A stretch of 62,741 nt of DNA, filler included. It is 5 parts of 5 records of this genome, joined end to end, with 100 filler letters (N's around TTAATTAATTAA, not from the genome) between each part and the next. Parts side by side here need not be neighbours in the genome. Positions count along the whole stretch, not along the records: positions 39,925 to 56,244 come from DRR723986_4314; 4 more parts are not named here. The stretch is one strand, 5' to 3'. Positions 39,925-50,537 of the stretch are shown here, piece after piece (the first letter of the stretch is position 1; each line of letters begins with the position of its first letter). The notes beneath the pieces are model-generated. The model worked only from the letters and a program-made list of their open reading frames with translations. It was not told the DNA's origin and made no database searches. Position numbers and translations under genes: made by a program.

Positions 39925-40410
39925 CTGCTTCTGGTCCTCGCCCACCGGCACATGCGTGGCTTTGTAGGCCAGAATGTCCGCGGCCTGCAGGACCGGATAG
40001 GTGAACAGGCCCACGGACGCCCGCTCGGCATCCTTGCCGGCCTTGTCCTTGAATTGGGTCATCCGTTCGACCCATCCCATGCGCGCGACGCAGTTGAACA
40101 CCCAGGCCAGCTCGGCATGCGCCGGCACGGAGGACTGGGCGTAGACGATCGATTTCTTCGGGTCGATGCCACACGCGATGAAAGCCGCTGCGATCTGGCG
40201 GGTCTGGTCGGCCAGCACCCCCTTCTCCACCGGCATGGTGATGGCGTGCATGTCGACGACCGAATAGACACAATCCCAGCCGTCATTCTGGAGGTCGACG
40301 AACTTCTTCAGCGCGCCGAGATAGTTGCCGAGGTGAAGGTTACCGGTCGGCTGGATACCAGAGAAGACCCGCTGGGGGCCGGTGTATTCGAATGTGTTCG
40401 TGTCAGTCAT
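39925..40410 (-). CDS. trpS: Tryptophan-tRNA ligase, 3'-truncated
   Basis: [45 protein letters not shown]. Confidence 0.96.
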
Positions 40411-40434
40411 GCGCAAGCGCTGTAGCCGATTTAC

Positions 40435-41991
40435 CTAGCGGCGCAAGGCCTGCGTGATGTCGCGGGGACGGATGGCGCCCGTCAGGAAGGCTGCAACAGC
40501 ATAAATCAGGCCCCCTGCGAGGATCACAATTGCAGCCGCCAGCGCCCGGGAGTCGACGATATTGTCCCGTAGCCACTGGAAATTATGCACCATGAACCAG
40601 ACAGACCCGGCCATCAGGCCGCTGGCAATGAGGGCCCGCAGCGTGCGCGACACCAGCACCGAACCCGGCCTGTACCAGCCACGTCCCGCCAACGTTGTGG
40701 CGAGCAGCAGGGCATTCACCCAGGCTGCAACCGAGGTCGCGATGGCGAGGCCGATAAAGCCCATCTGTCCCTGCGCGTTCAGCCAGAAGAACAGGCCTGC
40801 GCCGAGCGCCGTGTTGATGGCCACCGAAATCAGGGCGAACTGCATCGGAGTCCTGGTATCTTCCCGGGCAAAGAAAGCCGGGGCCAGAACCTTGATCAGC
40901 ACGAACGCCGGTACGCCCCAGGCAAAATGGAACAGCGCCCCGCCGGACGCTTCGGCATCCGATTGCAGGAAAGCCCCGCGCACGAAGAAGGCTTCGATCA
41001 GGAAAACCGGGGCGACCAGCAGCGCCGCGGCGGCCGGAAGGGTCAGTGCCATGGCGAGGCCGATCCCCTCGTCCATCGTCGCCTGGCTGGATTCATGATC
41101 CTCGCTGCGCGCCGCGCGGCTGAGGCGCGGCAGGATGGCGACGCCGACCGCCACGCCGACAAGGCCGAGGGGCAGCTGATAAAGCCGGTCAGCCGTGTAG
41201 AGCCATGACTTCGCTGCCTGTTCGAAACTGGCAAGCGACTGGCTGACGATGATATTGATCTGCGTGCCGGACGCTGCAATCGTGCCGGGCACCGCCAGCG
41301 CCATGACTTTCCTCACCGCAGGCGTAATGCGCGGCCAGCCGATGAGGCTGAGGCGGACTTTCTGGCGGCGCACACCCCACCAGAGCAGCGCCACCTGCAG
41401 CACGCCCGCGACCAGCACGGCCACGGCGGCGGCTTTCGACACGATCTCCGGCACATTGGAGATCAGCGCCGCCGGAATGAGGCAGAGGTTCAGCAGCGTC
41501 GGCACGCCCGACGACAGAATGAAGCGCTGGCCGGAATTCAGCACGCCGGAGAGCAGCGCCGCCAAGGCCATGCAGGTGAGATACGGCATGGTGATCCGTG
41601 TCAGGAGCACAGCCAGATTGTAGTGGACATGGTCGTCGGCCTGTCCGCCATGGATGATCAGCAGCACCCAGGGCATGAAGATCTGCGCCAGAATCGTCAA
41701 CGCGGCGGTAAAGGCGAAGAGGACCCGCATTGCCTCCTGCGCCACGGCCTGCGCCGCTTCCGGCCCTTCAGCCTCCAGCGTGCGGGCATAGGTCGGCACG
41801 AAGGCGGAGGCGAAGGCCCCTTCGGCGAAGATGCGGCGGAACAGGTTCGGGAATTGCTGCGCCGTCACCCAGGCATCGTTGATCGGCCCGGCGCCGAGCT
41901 TCGCCACGAGCAGGATATCCCGCGCAAAGCCGAGGATACGGCTGCCCAGTGTCAGCGAGGATTGCACGAGAGTGTTGCGGGCGATGCTCAT
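40435..41991 (-). CDS. murJ: Lipid II flippase MurJ (MviN)
   Basis: SRILGFARD, PNLFRRIFAEGAF..AFVP, ADRLYQLPLG, FFAREDTRTP. Confidence 0.95.
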   Translation of the reverse strand: MSIARNTLVQSSLTLGSRILGFARDILLVAKLGAGPINDAWVTAQQFPNLFRRIFAEGAFASAFVPTYARTLEAEGPEAAQAVAQEAMRVLFAFTAALTILAQIFMPWVLLIIHGGQADDHVHYNLAVLLTRITMPYLTCMALAALLSGVLNSGQRFILSSGVPTLLNLCLIPAALISNVPEIVSKAAAVAVLVAGVLQVALLWWGVRRQKVRLSLIGWPRITPAVRKVMALAVPGTIAASGTQINIIVSQSLASFEQAAKSWLYTADRLYQLPLGLVGVAVGVAILPRLSRAARSEDHESSQATMDEGIGLAMALTLPAAAALLVAPVFLIEAFFVRGAFLQSDAEASGGALFHFAWGVPAFVLIKVLAPAFFAREDTRTPMQFALISVAINTALGAGLFFWLNAQGQMGFIGLAIATSVAAWVNALLLATTLAGRGWYRPGSVLVSRTLRALIASGLMAGSVWFMVHNFQWLRDNIVDSRALAAAIVILAGGLIYAVAAFLTGAIRPRDITQALRR

Positions 41992-42013
41992 GCGGCCTGT
42001 CGTGCAGGGGTTC

Positions 42014-44860
42014 TCAGAAACTGTCTACGGCCCGTGACCGGCGCAGCTTGCGGGCCGGTGTGTGCGGGGCATCCGGTTCATGACGGCCCAATACGTCGAG
42101 AAGCTGTTCACGCAGGGACTCTTTGAGGGCAGCGTCTGCCTCCAGCTTCCGCCCGTCCTCGGTCTGCACATAGAACGCATCGAACATACGCTCACCGAAC
42201 GAGCCCACGTGAGCAGAGTGGATCGAGACTCCGGCATCTGCCAGGCAGTTCGCCACATCATAAAGCAGCGCAGGCCGGTCGCGCCCGGCAATGTCGATCA
42301 CCGTATGATCTGCCGACAGGTCGTCCCGGATCTGGACAGATGGGTGCACCAGGAAGGCGGCCTGCCGGCGGCCCATGCGCTCGCGCACCGTCATGTCGCC
42401 CGGCTCACCGGCCAGCACCTTGCGCAGCGCGGCATCCAGTCTCTGCAGGCGGCCCGGATCGTCCTTGCCGAACGGTTTGTCCTGGATGTCGTGCAGCATG
42501 AACACATCGATGATGCCGCCTTCGCGGCTGGTATAGACCTGCGCCGCAATAATGTTTGCACCATTATGGGCGAGCGTTCCGGCGAGGTCTGCGAACAGGC
42601 CCGGGCGGTCGGCGCCAGACACGAACAGCGCCATCGCCCCGCCTTCGAGCGAGAGGCGATGATGAACCTGGTCACCGCCGCCATTCAGCGCCTCCGCATG
42701 CCAGGCAAGGTCCTCGATGTCGAAGCCGGTCCAGTAGGCCGTTTCCATTTCCAGCATCAGGGCCGGAACAGTGCCCAGCCGGTCGACCAGTTCCTGCTGC
42801 CGGCGCTCGGCGCGGGCTTCCAGCTCGGCCAGCACGCCGGCCTCATCCGTCCGTCCGCCGCGCAGCGCGGCTGCCGTGTTGTGATAGAGGTCTGTCAGCA
42901 GCTGGCCTTTCCAGGCGTTCCATACGCCGGGGCCTACCGCCTTGATATCCGCGATGGTGAGAATATAGAGCAACCGCAGCCGCTCCAGCGAGCCGACCAT
43001 CTCAGTGAATTTGGTCACGGTCCGCGGATCGGAAATGTCCCGCTTCTGCGCCGTCTCGCTCATTTCCAGATGGTGCCCGACCAGCCAGGCTACGAGTTCG
43101 GTTTCGTCTTCCGACAGGCCGAGGCGTTCACAGGCTTTGCGGGCCGTCTTCATGCCGGCGATCTGCTGGTCGCCCTTCCCCTTGCCGGTGTCGTGCAAGA
43201 GCATGGCGAGGTAGAGCGCGCGGCGGTTCTCGATCAGGCCGAAGAGTACCGTGACCAGTTTGATCGGGTGTTCGTCGCGGCCATGCTCCATCTCGGCGAT
43301 GGCCTCGACGGCGCGAATCGTATGTTCATCCACCGTGTAGTGATGGTACATGTTGAACTGGGTCTGCGCGACGATACCGCCGAATTCCGGGATTGCCCGG
43401 CCGAGGATGCCCGCTTCGTTCATCCTGCGCAGGATGAGGCCCGGATCATCCCCGCCCAGAATGGCATCGAGGATCAGTTCCTGCGCCTCCGGCTTTTCTC
43501 GCACCCGCTCGTTGAGGGCGCGGAGCGCCCGAGTCAGCAGGCTCAGCGCCTGTGGATGGATGTCCTTGCCCTCGTCGCGCGCCACGATGAACAGGCGCAG
43601 CATGTTGAGCGGGTCGGACCGCATGGCCTTCTCGTCCTGGACGTTGATCCGGCCATTGTCGAGAAGGAAGCCCGGCTCATCCAGCTCCACCGGGCCACGT
43701 ACCGGCAGGAAGCGGCGCAGGCCTTCCGGCTTCTTCTTCTGGTCTGCTTCCAGCTTCGCCGCCAGGATGCGTGTCAGGCCGCCGACATCCTTGGTGACCA
43801 GGAAATAGCGCTTCATGAAGCGTTCCACGCCCTGCTGCCCGCGCCGGTCGCGATAGCCCATGCGGGCGGCGATTTCCGGCTGCAGATCGAAGCTGAGACG
43901 CTCCTCCGCACGGCCCGTCACGAAGTGTAGGTGGCAACGCACCGTCCACAGGAAACGCGCGGCGCGAATGAAGACGGAATATTCATGATCCGTGAACGGA
44001 CCGGCCTGCATGACATCTTCCAGCGTGTGGCCGCCATAGGTCTGCTTGGCGATCCAGTAGAGCGTCTGCAGGTCGCGCAGGCCGCCCTTGCCTTCTTTCA
44101 GGTTGGGCTCGACCACATAACGCGCGTCGCCCTGCCGGGAGTGACGGGCGTCGCGCTCAGCCAGCTTGTCGGCAATGAATTGCGCGTCGCGCCCCTTCAC
44201 GGCGCCCTCGTGGAAGGCAGTCAGCATTTCTTCGGCCAGCGCCTCGTCGCCGCAGATGTAACGGGCATCCAGAAGGCTCGTTTTGATGGTCACATCTTCC
44301 AGCGCCAGCTTCACGCAGTCGTTCGGCGTACGGAACGCATTGCCGACCTTCAGCCCCATGTCCCACAGGGCGTAGAGCATGTATTCCACCACGCTCTCGG
44401 TGTGCGGGCTGACCTTGTAGGCGCGCAGGAACAGGAGGTCCGTATCCGAGGATGGCCCCATCACGCCGCGGCCAAAACCGCCGGTCGCCATGATGGTGAT
44501 CCGCTCGGCCTCTGTCGGGTTACGGGCCCGATGTACGTGCGTGGTGGTGAAGTCGTAGAGCGCGCTGATCACCTCGTCCTGCACGGCGGAGAGGAGCCGT
44601 GCCGTGTCCAGCCCGTCGGCCCCCTGCTGCAGGCGCTCCTGCGCGATCATGCGGCCGCGGAACATGGCCCCGTGCAGCAGGTCCAGCGCCGCCTTGCGGG
44701 CCGCCTGCGGGTCACCGAAATTGTCGAGCGCGGCGGCCGTGAGCTTCACGCGCAGGGCGCGGCCATCGATGATGTTCGAGATACGCCATTTCCCCGGCCG
44801 GCGCAGAAGCGGGCTGCGGGTTTCGAGGAGTGTCGGGGCCTTGGTGGGCGATGTGTTCAT
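42014..44860 (-). CDS. glnD: [Protein-PII] uridylyltransferase/uridylyl-removing enzyme
   Basis: GGFGRG..P.SD.DL, EPNLKEGKGGLRDL, YHHYTVDEH, LLHD.GKG, two ACT domains (DRPGLF, DRPALL). Confidence 0.95.
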   Translation of the reverse strand: MNTSPTKAPTLLETRSPLLRRPGKWRISNIIDGRALRVKLTAAALDNFGDPQAARKAALDLLHGAMFRGRMIAQERLQQGADGLDTARLLSAVQDEVISALYDFTTTHVHRARNPTEAERITIMATGGFGRGVMGPSSDTDLLFLRAYKVSPHTESVVEYMLYALWDMGLKVGNAFRTPNDCVKLALEDVTIKTSLLDARYICGDEALAEEMLTAFHEGAVKGRDAQFIADKLAERDARHSRQGDARYVVEPNLKEGKGGLRDLQTLYWIAKQTYGGHTLEDVMQAGPFTDHEYSVFIRAARFLWTVRCHLHFVTGRAEERLSFDLQPEIAARMGYRDRRGQQGVERFMKRYFLVTKDVGGLTRILAAKLEADQKKKPEGLRRFLPVRGPVELDEPGFLLDNGRINVQDEKAMRSDPLNMLRLFIVARDEGKDIHPQALSLLTRALRALNERVREKPEAQELILDAILGGDDPGLILRRMNEAGILGRAIPEFGGIVAQTQFNMYHHYTVDEHTIRAVEAIAEMEHGRDEHPIKLVTVLFGLIENRRALYLAMLLHDTGKGKGDQQIAGMKTARKACERLGLSEDETELVAWLVGHHLEMSETAQKRDISDPRTVTKFTEMVGSLERLRLLYILTIADIKAVGPGVWNAWKGQLLTDLYHNTAAALRGGRTDEAGVLAELEARAERRQQELVDRLGTVPALMLEMETAYWTGFDIEDLAWHAEALNGGGDQVHHRLSLEGGAMALFVSGADRPGLFADLAGTLAHNGANIIAAQVYTSREGGIIDVFMLHDIQDKPFGKDDPGRLQRLDAALRKVLAGEPGDMTVRERMGRRQAAFLVHPSVQIRDDLSADHTVIDIAGRDRPALLYDVANCLADAGVSIHSAHVGSFGERMFDAFYVQTEDGRKLEADAALKESLREQLLDVLGRHEPDAPHTPARKLRRSRAVDSF

Positions 44861-44893
44861 GGGGGCTGTCTATAGCAGGTTCCGGGGCGGGTT

Positions 44894-45364
44894 CTATGCA
44901 CCCTTTTCCACACGGACCGGCAGGATGCGGGACTTCTTCACCACGCCATAGGCAAAACTGGTCTCGATCGACGCGATTCCCGGCAGTTTCTGGATCGTGT
45001 GACGCACAAGCTGTTCGTAGTCATCGAGGCTGCGGGCGACGATTCGCAGTTCATAGTCGGCCCCACCAGTCATGAGGTAACAGTCGAGAATCGCTTCGGT
45101 TTCCGCGATTTTCTTCTCGAAGGCCTGCACGTTTTCCTGCGAGTGATTGGCAAGGCGGATGCGCACCAGACAGGTGATGGGATAACCGCAGGCTTTCTGG
45201 TCGACAAGGGCGGTGTAGCCCTGGATCACGCCAGCGGCCTCCAGATTGCGGACGCGGCGCAGGCAGGGCGAGGGCGAGAGGCCCACTTCCTCGGCCAGTT
45301 CGAGGTTGGTGAGGCGGCCGTCGCGCTGCAGGGCGCGGATAATTCTGGCATCTATGGCATCCAT
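44894..45364 (-). CDS. Lrp/AsnC family regulator (MdeR-like), divergent from megL
   Basis: MDAIDARIIRALQRDGRLTNLELAEEVGLSPSPCLRRVRNLE..GVI.GY. Confidence 0.92.
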   Translation of the reverse strand: MDAIDARIIRALQRDGRLTNLELAEEVGLSPSPCLRRVRNLEAAGVIQGYTALVDQKACGYPITCLVRIRLANHSQENVQAFEKKIAETEAILDCYLMTGGADYELRIVARSLDDYEQLVRHTIQKLPGIASIETSFAYGVVKKSRILPVRVEKGA

Positions 45365-45472
45365 AAACACCAATATTGGCATATTCTGCCAATCTGCAAG
45401 CAAAAGACGACGCAGTTCGGCACCTTTCGCCCACAATCCCATGGTAGAATCTCCTCAAAGATGGAGACCCCC

Positions 45473-46663
45473 ATGGCATTCGATGCGACCCGCCCTCTCG
45501 GCCCTGCCACCCGCGCCATTCATCATGGCTATGACCCGGCTAAAAACGACTATGCGCTGACTCCGCCAGTGCATCTGACGTCTACCTTTGCCTTCCCGGA
45601 TGCGCAGACCGGCGGCGCCCTGTTCGCGGGCGAGGCCGAGGGCCACATCTATTCCCGTATCTCGAACCCCACCGTCGCCCTGCTGGAAGACCGCATCGCC
45701 AGCCTCGAAGGCGCCGAAGCAGGCCTCGCCACCGCAAGCGGCATGGGCGCGATCAGCTCCCTCATGTGGACGCTGCTGAAGCCCGGCGACGAGATCATCA
45801 CCGACCAGACGCTCTATGGCTGCACCTTCGCCTTCATGCGCGATGGCCTCTCCCGCTTCGGCGTGAAGATCACCCATGTCGACCTGCGCGATCCGGCAAA
45901 CCTCTCCGCCGCCATCAGTGACAAGACGCGCATCGTCTATTTCGAGACGCCGGCAAACCCGAACATGCGCCTCGTCGACATTCGCGAAACGTCCCGCATT
46001 GCGCACGCGGCCGGCGCGCTTGTTGTGGTGGACAACACCTACGCCTCTCCCCTGCTGACGCGGCCGATTTCGCTTGGCGCGGACTTCGTCGTCCACTCGG
46101 CCACCAAATATCTGGGCGGGCATGGAGACCTTGTGGCGGGCATGGTGCTCGGCCGCGCGGAGGCCATCAAGGACGTCCGCATGATCGGCGTGAAGGACAT
46201 GACCGGCTCCGTCATGGCGCCGTTCAATGCCATGCTGGTGATGCGTGGACTGAAGACCTTGCAGCTGCGCATGGCGCGTCATTGCGAGAGCGGCCAGAAA
46301 GTGGCGGAGTGGCTGGAAGCCCAGCCGGGCGTGGAGACCGTCTACTATCCGGGCCTGCCCAGCCATCCGCAGCATGAGCTCGCCAAGCGCCAGATGGACG
46401 GCTTCGGCGGTATGATCGCATTCGAGCTCGCGGGCGGTTATGAGGCGGGCATCGGGATGATGAACCGGCTGCAGCTGATCCGCCGCGCCGTCAGCCTCGG
46501 CGACGCTGAGACCCTGATCCAGCACCCGGCCAGCATGACCCACTCGACCTATACGGAAGAAGAACGCCTTGAACATGGCATCAGTAATGGCTTGATCCGC
46601 CTCTCCGTCGGATTGGAGGACGTCGAGGACATCCTGGCAGACCTTGAGGCGGCGCTGGCTTAG
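45473..46663 (+). CDS. megL: Methionine gamma-lyase
   Basis: YSRISNPT, SGMGAI, LYGCT (Cys after the catalytic Tyr, typical of MGL), HSATKYLGGHGD, GVKDMTG, AVSLGD.ETLIQHPASMTHS. Confidence 0.9.
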   Translation: MAFDATRPLGPATRAIHHGYDPAKNDYALTPPVHLTSTFAFPDAQTGGALFAGEAEGHIYSRISNPTVALLEDRIASLEGAEAGLATASGMGAISSLMWTLLKPGDEIITDQTLYGCTFAFMRDGLSRFGVKITHVDLRDPANLSAAISDKTRIVYFETPANPNMRLVDIRETSRIAHAAGALVVVDNTYASPLLTRPISLGADFVVHSATKYLGGHGDLVAGMVLGRAEAIKDVRMIGVKDMTGSVMAPFNAMLVMRGLKTLQLRMARHCESGQKVAEWLEAQPGVETVYYPGLPSHPQHELAKRQMDGFGGMIAFELAGGYEAGIGMMNRLQLIRRAVSLGDAETLIQHPASMTHSTYTEEERLEHGISNGLIRLSVGLEDVEDILADLEAALA

Positions 46664-46668
46664 ACCCC

Positions 46669-48045
46669 CTACTCCACCGGGCTTTCTTCATTCAGCAGAT
46701 CGGCTTCTTTGCTGCTGGCACGTTCGGCGGCGACTTTTTCGTCGATCGTGTTGTCCGCGGCGACATCGGCTGCTTCGCTTGTATCGACGTCGGCTTTCGG
46801 GCGCGGCTGTTCCGGCGGGCTTGGCGGGCGTCCGTCCGGCCTGGTGCTTTTGAGCGCGTCTTCCACGCTGCTGTCGAAGCGCAGCTTGTAGATCGGCTCC
46901 GGCAGGGTGAAGCCGCCCTCTTCCAGCGCCTCCTTGGTGGCCGCGATGGCGAGGCCGCGCGCCTTGCCGAAATTCGTCTCGCGCTGATCGACCCAGCCCA
47001 TGAAGCGCAGCACAATATTGGAATCTCCGACCGTCTGGATGTAGGCCTCCGGCTCCGGATCTTTCAACACGAACGGCAGCGCTTTCATCCGGTCGAGGCC
47101 GAGCTGCATGGCCGCCACCGGATCGTCGGCGGCATCGACGCCGAGATCGAAATCGAACCGGCGTTCCGGATTGCGCGTATAGTTCAGGATGACCGCCTTG
47201 AAGACGGTGGAGTTCGGTATACGGAGGTGGTTGCCGTCCAGCGTCATCAGCACGGTGGAGCGGGACGTCAGCCGCATCACCTTCCCCTCATGCTGGTCGA
47301 TCACGACATGCTCGTTCGCCCGGAAGGGCTGGCGGACGCTGAGCATGATGGAGGAGATATAGTTCTCCAGCGTGTCGCGCACGGAGAAGCCGATGGCGAG
47401 GCCGATCACGCCTGCCCCGCCGAGGATCGTCCCCATCATCGCCGTCGCGCCGAGAATGTTCATCGCCGCAATCAGCGCCACCAGCAGCATCACGATCCGG
47501 AATGCTCCGGAGACCAGTTCCATCAGGAAAGAATTGGGCAGGATCAGGCGCCAGAAACCGCGCCAGGAGGCGAGCAGATGCCCCAGCAGCGCGATTAGCA
47601 GGAACACGCCCAGCGAAACGCCATAAAGCGGCAGGGCGCGGTAGACTTTCTGCAGGCGGCCGGACGGATCCCCGAAGATCGGTGTGGAACTATCTTCCAC
47701 GGCAAGGCGCCGTTCGATCTGGTTCTCAACCGTGACGACGCCATTCACGCGCAGGGCAATCTCCTCGGCGCGGGTCACGGCAGCACTGCTGGCCACTTCG
47801 CCTCCCAGCGTCACGACGCCATGGTTTACCTCCACAGTCACCCGGCGCAGCGTGGCGATCTCGGCGAAAATATCGGAGATGCGCGTTTTGATCTCTGCAT
47901 CGCTCGCCTGCGGCGGCGGGGTCTGGATGGCAGGCGTCGGGTCAACTGGCGGCTCCGGTGCCTGTGCCAGCGCGGCCGGGACCGTCAGGGCAAGGCACAG
48001 CACCAGCAGGCTGGCGCGGAGCCAGCCCGTCAGCGCGGCGGGCAT
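46669..48045 (-). CDS. MscS-family mechanosensitive channel with periplasmic BON domain
   Basis: Signal peptide, BON (GVVTLGG...GVVTVEN), GLAIGF..RDTLEN, QPFR, DGNHLRIPN. Confidence 0.85.
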   Translation of the reverse strand: MPAALTGWLRASLLVLCLALTVPAALAQAPEPPVDPTPAIQTPPPQASDAEIKTRISDIFAEIATLRRVTVEVNHGVVTLGGEVASSAAVTRAEEIALRVNGVVTVENQIERRLAVEDSSTPIFGDPSGRLQKVYRALPLYGVSLGVFLLIALLGHLLASWRGFWRLILPNSFLMELVSGAFRIVMLLVALIAAMNILGATAMMGTILGGAGVIGLAIGFSVRDTLENYISSIMLSVRQPFRANEHVVIDQHEGKVMRLTSRSTVLMTLDGNHLRIPNSTVFKAVILNYTRNPERRFDFDLGVDAADDPVAAMQLGLDRMKALPFVLKDPEPEAYIQTVGDSNIVLRFMGWVDQRETNFGKARGLAIAATKEALEEGGFTLPEPIYKLRFDSSVEDALKSTRPDGRPPSPPEQPRPKADVDTSEAADVAADNTIDEKVAAERASSKEADLLNEESPVE

Positions 48046-48122
48046 GCCGGTAAGATTTGTGTGCGAGTTCACCCTTCCAGAATACACGAGACGCCGGAAG
48101 GTTCCATCCGGAGCATTGCGGA

Positions 48123-48488
48123 CTAGCCCACCACCTCCAACTCATCCCCGAACCAGAGGGGGGAGTTGGCGAGGTCGATGAACTTCTTTTCGTCCTCCAG
48201 CAATTCGGCGCCGGCTTTCGCCGCCGCCTCGCTGGAGTTGGCGGCCATGGCCTCTTCGCTTTCGAACCAGAGCTCGGCGACGCCATCATAGGAGGGCGGC
48301 CCACCGCGCGAGGCCTGCATGGCCGCGTTCAGCGGGTCATGCGCCGTATGGTTCTGGACATATCGGAGAATGCCCAGAACCTCCGCATGCTTTGCCACCA
48401 GCGGGGCGTGCTGCTCACGCCAGTAGGTCTGGAATTCCTCCCGGGTGAGGTGCGGCAGGCGCCGCAGACAAAAGGTGAGCTTGATCAC
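48123..48488 (-). CDS. EthD-domain protein
   Basis: IKL..CLRR.P.LTREEF..YW...HAPLV...RYVQNH...YDGVAELWF...DE.KFID; GTG start overlaps the upstream stop. Confidence 0.85.
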   Translation of the reverse strand: MIKLTFCLRRLPHLTREEFQTYWREQHAPLVAKHAEVLGILRYVQNHTAHDPLNAAMQASRGGPPSYDGVAELWFESEEAMAANSSEAAAKAGAELLEDEKKFIDLANSPLWFGDELEVVG

Positions 48489-49720
48489 AGCAGGTCTCCG
48501 CCCGCTGCGGCGGCGCTGGTGCCGTCTTTCTTGAAGGCGCGGATCACATTCTTGCCGGTGATCCATTTGTGCACTTCGTCCGGGCCGTCGACCAGGCGCT
48601 GGGACCGGATGTGCGTGTACCAGGCCGCCAGCGGCGTATCGAGCGAATAGCCGAGCGCACCGTGCAGCTGGATGGCGGTGTCGACCACCTTGTGCACCAT
48701 ATTGGCCAGGAAGACTTTCGCGATACCATTCTCCTGGCGGATGTCCATGCCGTTCTCGGCCTTGTAGGCGATGTGCATCAACATCAGGCGCGCGATGTAG
48801 AGCTGGCTGGCGCATTCGGCCAGCATGAACTGGACGCCCTGACGGTCTTCCAGCTTCTTGCCGAAGGTTTCGCGGCTTGTGACATGTTCCGTCGCCAGAT
48901 CTAGTGCGCGCTGGGCCATGGCGACATTGTGCATGCCGTGGCGCAGTCGCCCATAGGCAAGCCGGTGCTGGCCCATGGCGAAGCCCTGACCTTCACCGCC
49001 GAGCAGGTTCTCTTCCGGCACGACGAGGTTCTCGATCTTCACCTCGGCATGGCCGCCGCCCATTTCGGCATAGTGCGGCCCGTGGACCGCCATGGTGGGA
49101 ATGTCGCGAATGATGTTGTAACCGGGGTTCGGCAATTCCACGATGAAGGTGGAATACTGCTGATGGCGCGGCGCCTCCGGATTGGTCTTTGCCATGACGA
49201 CCGCGATGTCAGCGGCGGTGGCGGCAGAGGAGAACCATTTCTCGCCGTTGAGGACGTAATTGCCCTTGCCGTCCTTCACGGCGGTGGTCTTCATGCCGGT
49301 CGCATCGGCGCCCGCAGCCTTCTCCGTCATCGAATAGCAGATCCGCTTTTCACCATTGATCAGCGGTTTCAGGAATTTTTCTTTCTGGAAATCCGTGCCG
49401 TGGGCCAGCAGGGTCAGCATGGTCGCATCGTCCGGACCCTGGGAGTTCATGGAAAGGGCGCCAAGGTGGCTCTGCCCGAGCTCCATCTGGACCAGCGCAT
49501 TGGCGAGCGGCCCGAGGCCCATGCCGCCATGCTCGACCGGGAAGAAGGGCAGCCACAGCCCCTTCGCGCGGGCCTTGGCACGCAGCTCTGCCAGCACTTC
49601 CTTGTAAGGCTTGCCCGCCGCCATTTCCTTCTCGGCGGGGATGCATTCCTCCTGTACCCATTTGCGCACGCGCTCGCGCACTTCTTTCGCTTCTTCCGGT
49701 ATCGTGAAATCAATCGCCAT
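48485..49720 (-). CDS. Acyl-CoA dehydrogenase family protein
   Basis: CYSMTE, LNGEKWFSS, LLGGEGQGF..GQHRL..GR, AIQLHGALG, DGPDEVH. Confidence 0.92.
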   Translation of the reverse strand: MAIDFTIPEEAKEVRERVRKWVQEECIPAEKEMAAGKPYKEVLAELRAKARAKGLWLPFFPVEHGGMGLGPLANALVQMELGQSHLGALSMNSQGPDDATMLTLLAHGTDFQKEKFLKPLINGEKRICYSMTEKAAGADATGMKTTAVKDGKGNYVLNGEKWFSSAATAADIAVVMAKTNPEAPRHQQYSTFIVELPNPGYNIIRDIPTMAVHGPHYAEMGGGHAEVKIENLVVPEENLLGGEGQGFAMGQHRLAYGRLRHGMHNVAMAQRALDLATEHVTSRETFGKKLEDRQGVQFMLAECASQLYIARLMLMHIAYKAENGMDIRQENGIAKVFLANMVHKVVDTAIQLHGALGYSLDTPLAAWYTHIRSQRLVDGPDEVHKWITGKNVIRAFKKDGTSAAAAGGDLL

Positions 49721-49788
49721 GTTTCGCTCCCTTGTCCTTTGACCAGGAGGCTAGTGCCGAACGCGGCGCCCGCAAGCCTGACTTCGCG

Positions 49789-50526
49789 TCAGTCGTAATC
49801 GACCTGCGTGAGGTAGAGCCCGTCAGGCGGGGCGATGGGGCCACATAGCGTGCGGTCGGCGGCGGCCAGGATATCGGCGATCCAGCTGACCGGTTGCTTG
49901 CCCCGGCCGACATCGACCAGGCTGCCGACCATGGAGCGGACCTGCCGGTGGATGAAGCTCTGCGCCCGGCAGGTGACGATCACGCGCTCACCTTCCCGCC
50001 AGACCTTGATCTCGTTCAGTGTCTTCACCGGCGTCAGCGCCTGGCAGTCTGAATCGCGGAAGGTGGTGAAATCATGCGTGCCGACCAGCGCCTGCGCCGC
50101 CTCGTGCATCTTCTCTGCACTGAGTTTCGACGGTACGCGCCAGACGAGATCGCGGTCAAGGGTCAGGTCTGCCCGCCGGTTCACGATGATGTAGCGATAG
50201 TGGCGCTGTGTGGCCTTGAAGCGGGCGTGGAAGTTGTCGCTCACTTCCTCGGCTTTCAGCACCGCAATCGGGTGCGGACGCAAATGGAAGTTCATCGCGT
50301 CGGCGACCTTGCGGCCCCGGTCGGTCTGCAGGTCCATATGGGCCACCTGTCCGGTGGCATGCACGCCGCTGTCGGTCCGGCCGGCGCCGAAGATGTCGAC
50401 CGGCGCGCCATCCAGCTTCGCAGCCGCCGCCTCCAGCGTGCCCTGGATCGTGGGCACACCGGGCAGCTTCTGCCAGCCCTGGAACGGGCCACCATGATAT
50501 TCGATGAGAAGTCTGTAGCGGGGCAT
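49789..50526 (-). CDS. truA: tRNA pseudouridine(38-40) synthase
   Basis: GAGRTDSGVHATGQ, FHARF, GTHDFTTFR, HRQVRSMVG, APPDGLYL. Confidence 0.96.
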   Translation of the reverse strand: MPRYRLLIEYHGGPFQGWQKLPGVPTIQGTLEAAAAKLDGAPVDIFGAGRTDSGVHATGQVAHMDLQTDRGRKVADAMNFHLRPHPIAVLKAEEVSDNFHARFKATQRHYRYIIVNRRADLTLDRDLVWRVPSKLSAEKMHEAAQALVGTHDFTTFRDSDCQALTPVKTLNEIKVWREGERVIVTCRAQSFIHRQVRSMVGSLVDVGRGKQPVSWIADILAAADRTLCGPIAPPDGLYLTQVDYD

Positions 50527-50537
50527 CGGGCTTGCCC

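Noticed and set aside
44999-45472. Apparent 158-aa N-terminal extension of methionine gamma-lyase
   Set aside because: It overlaps the divergent Lrp gene; the real start is 45473, after a GGAGA RBS
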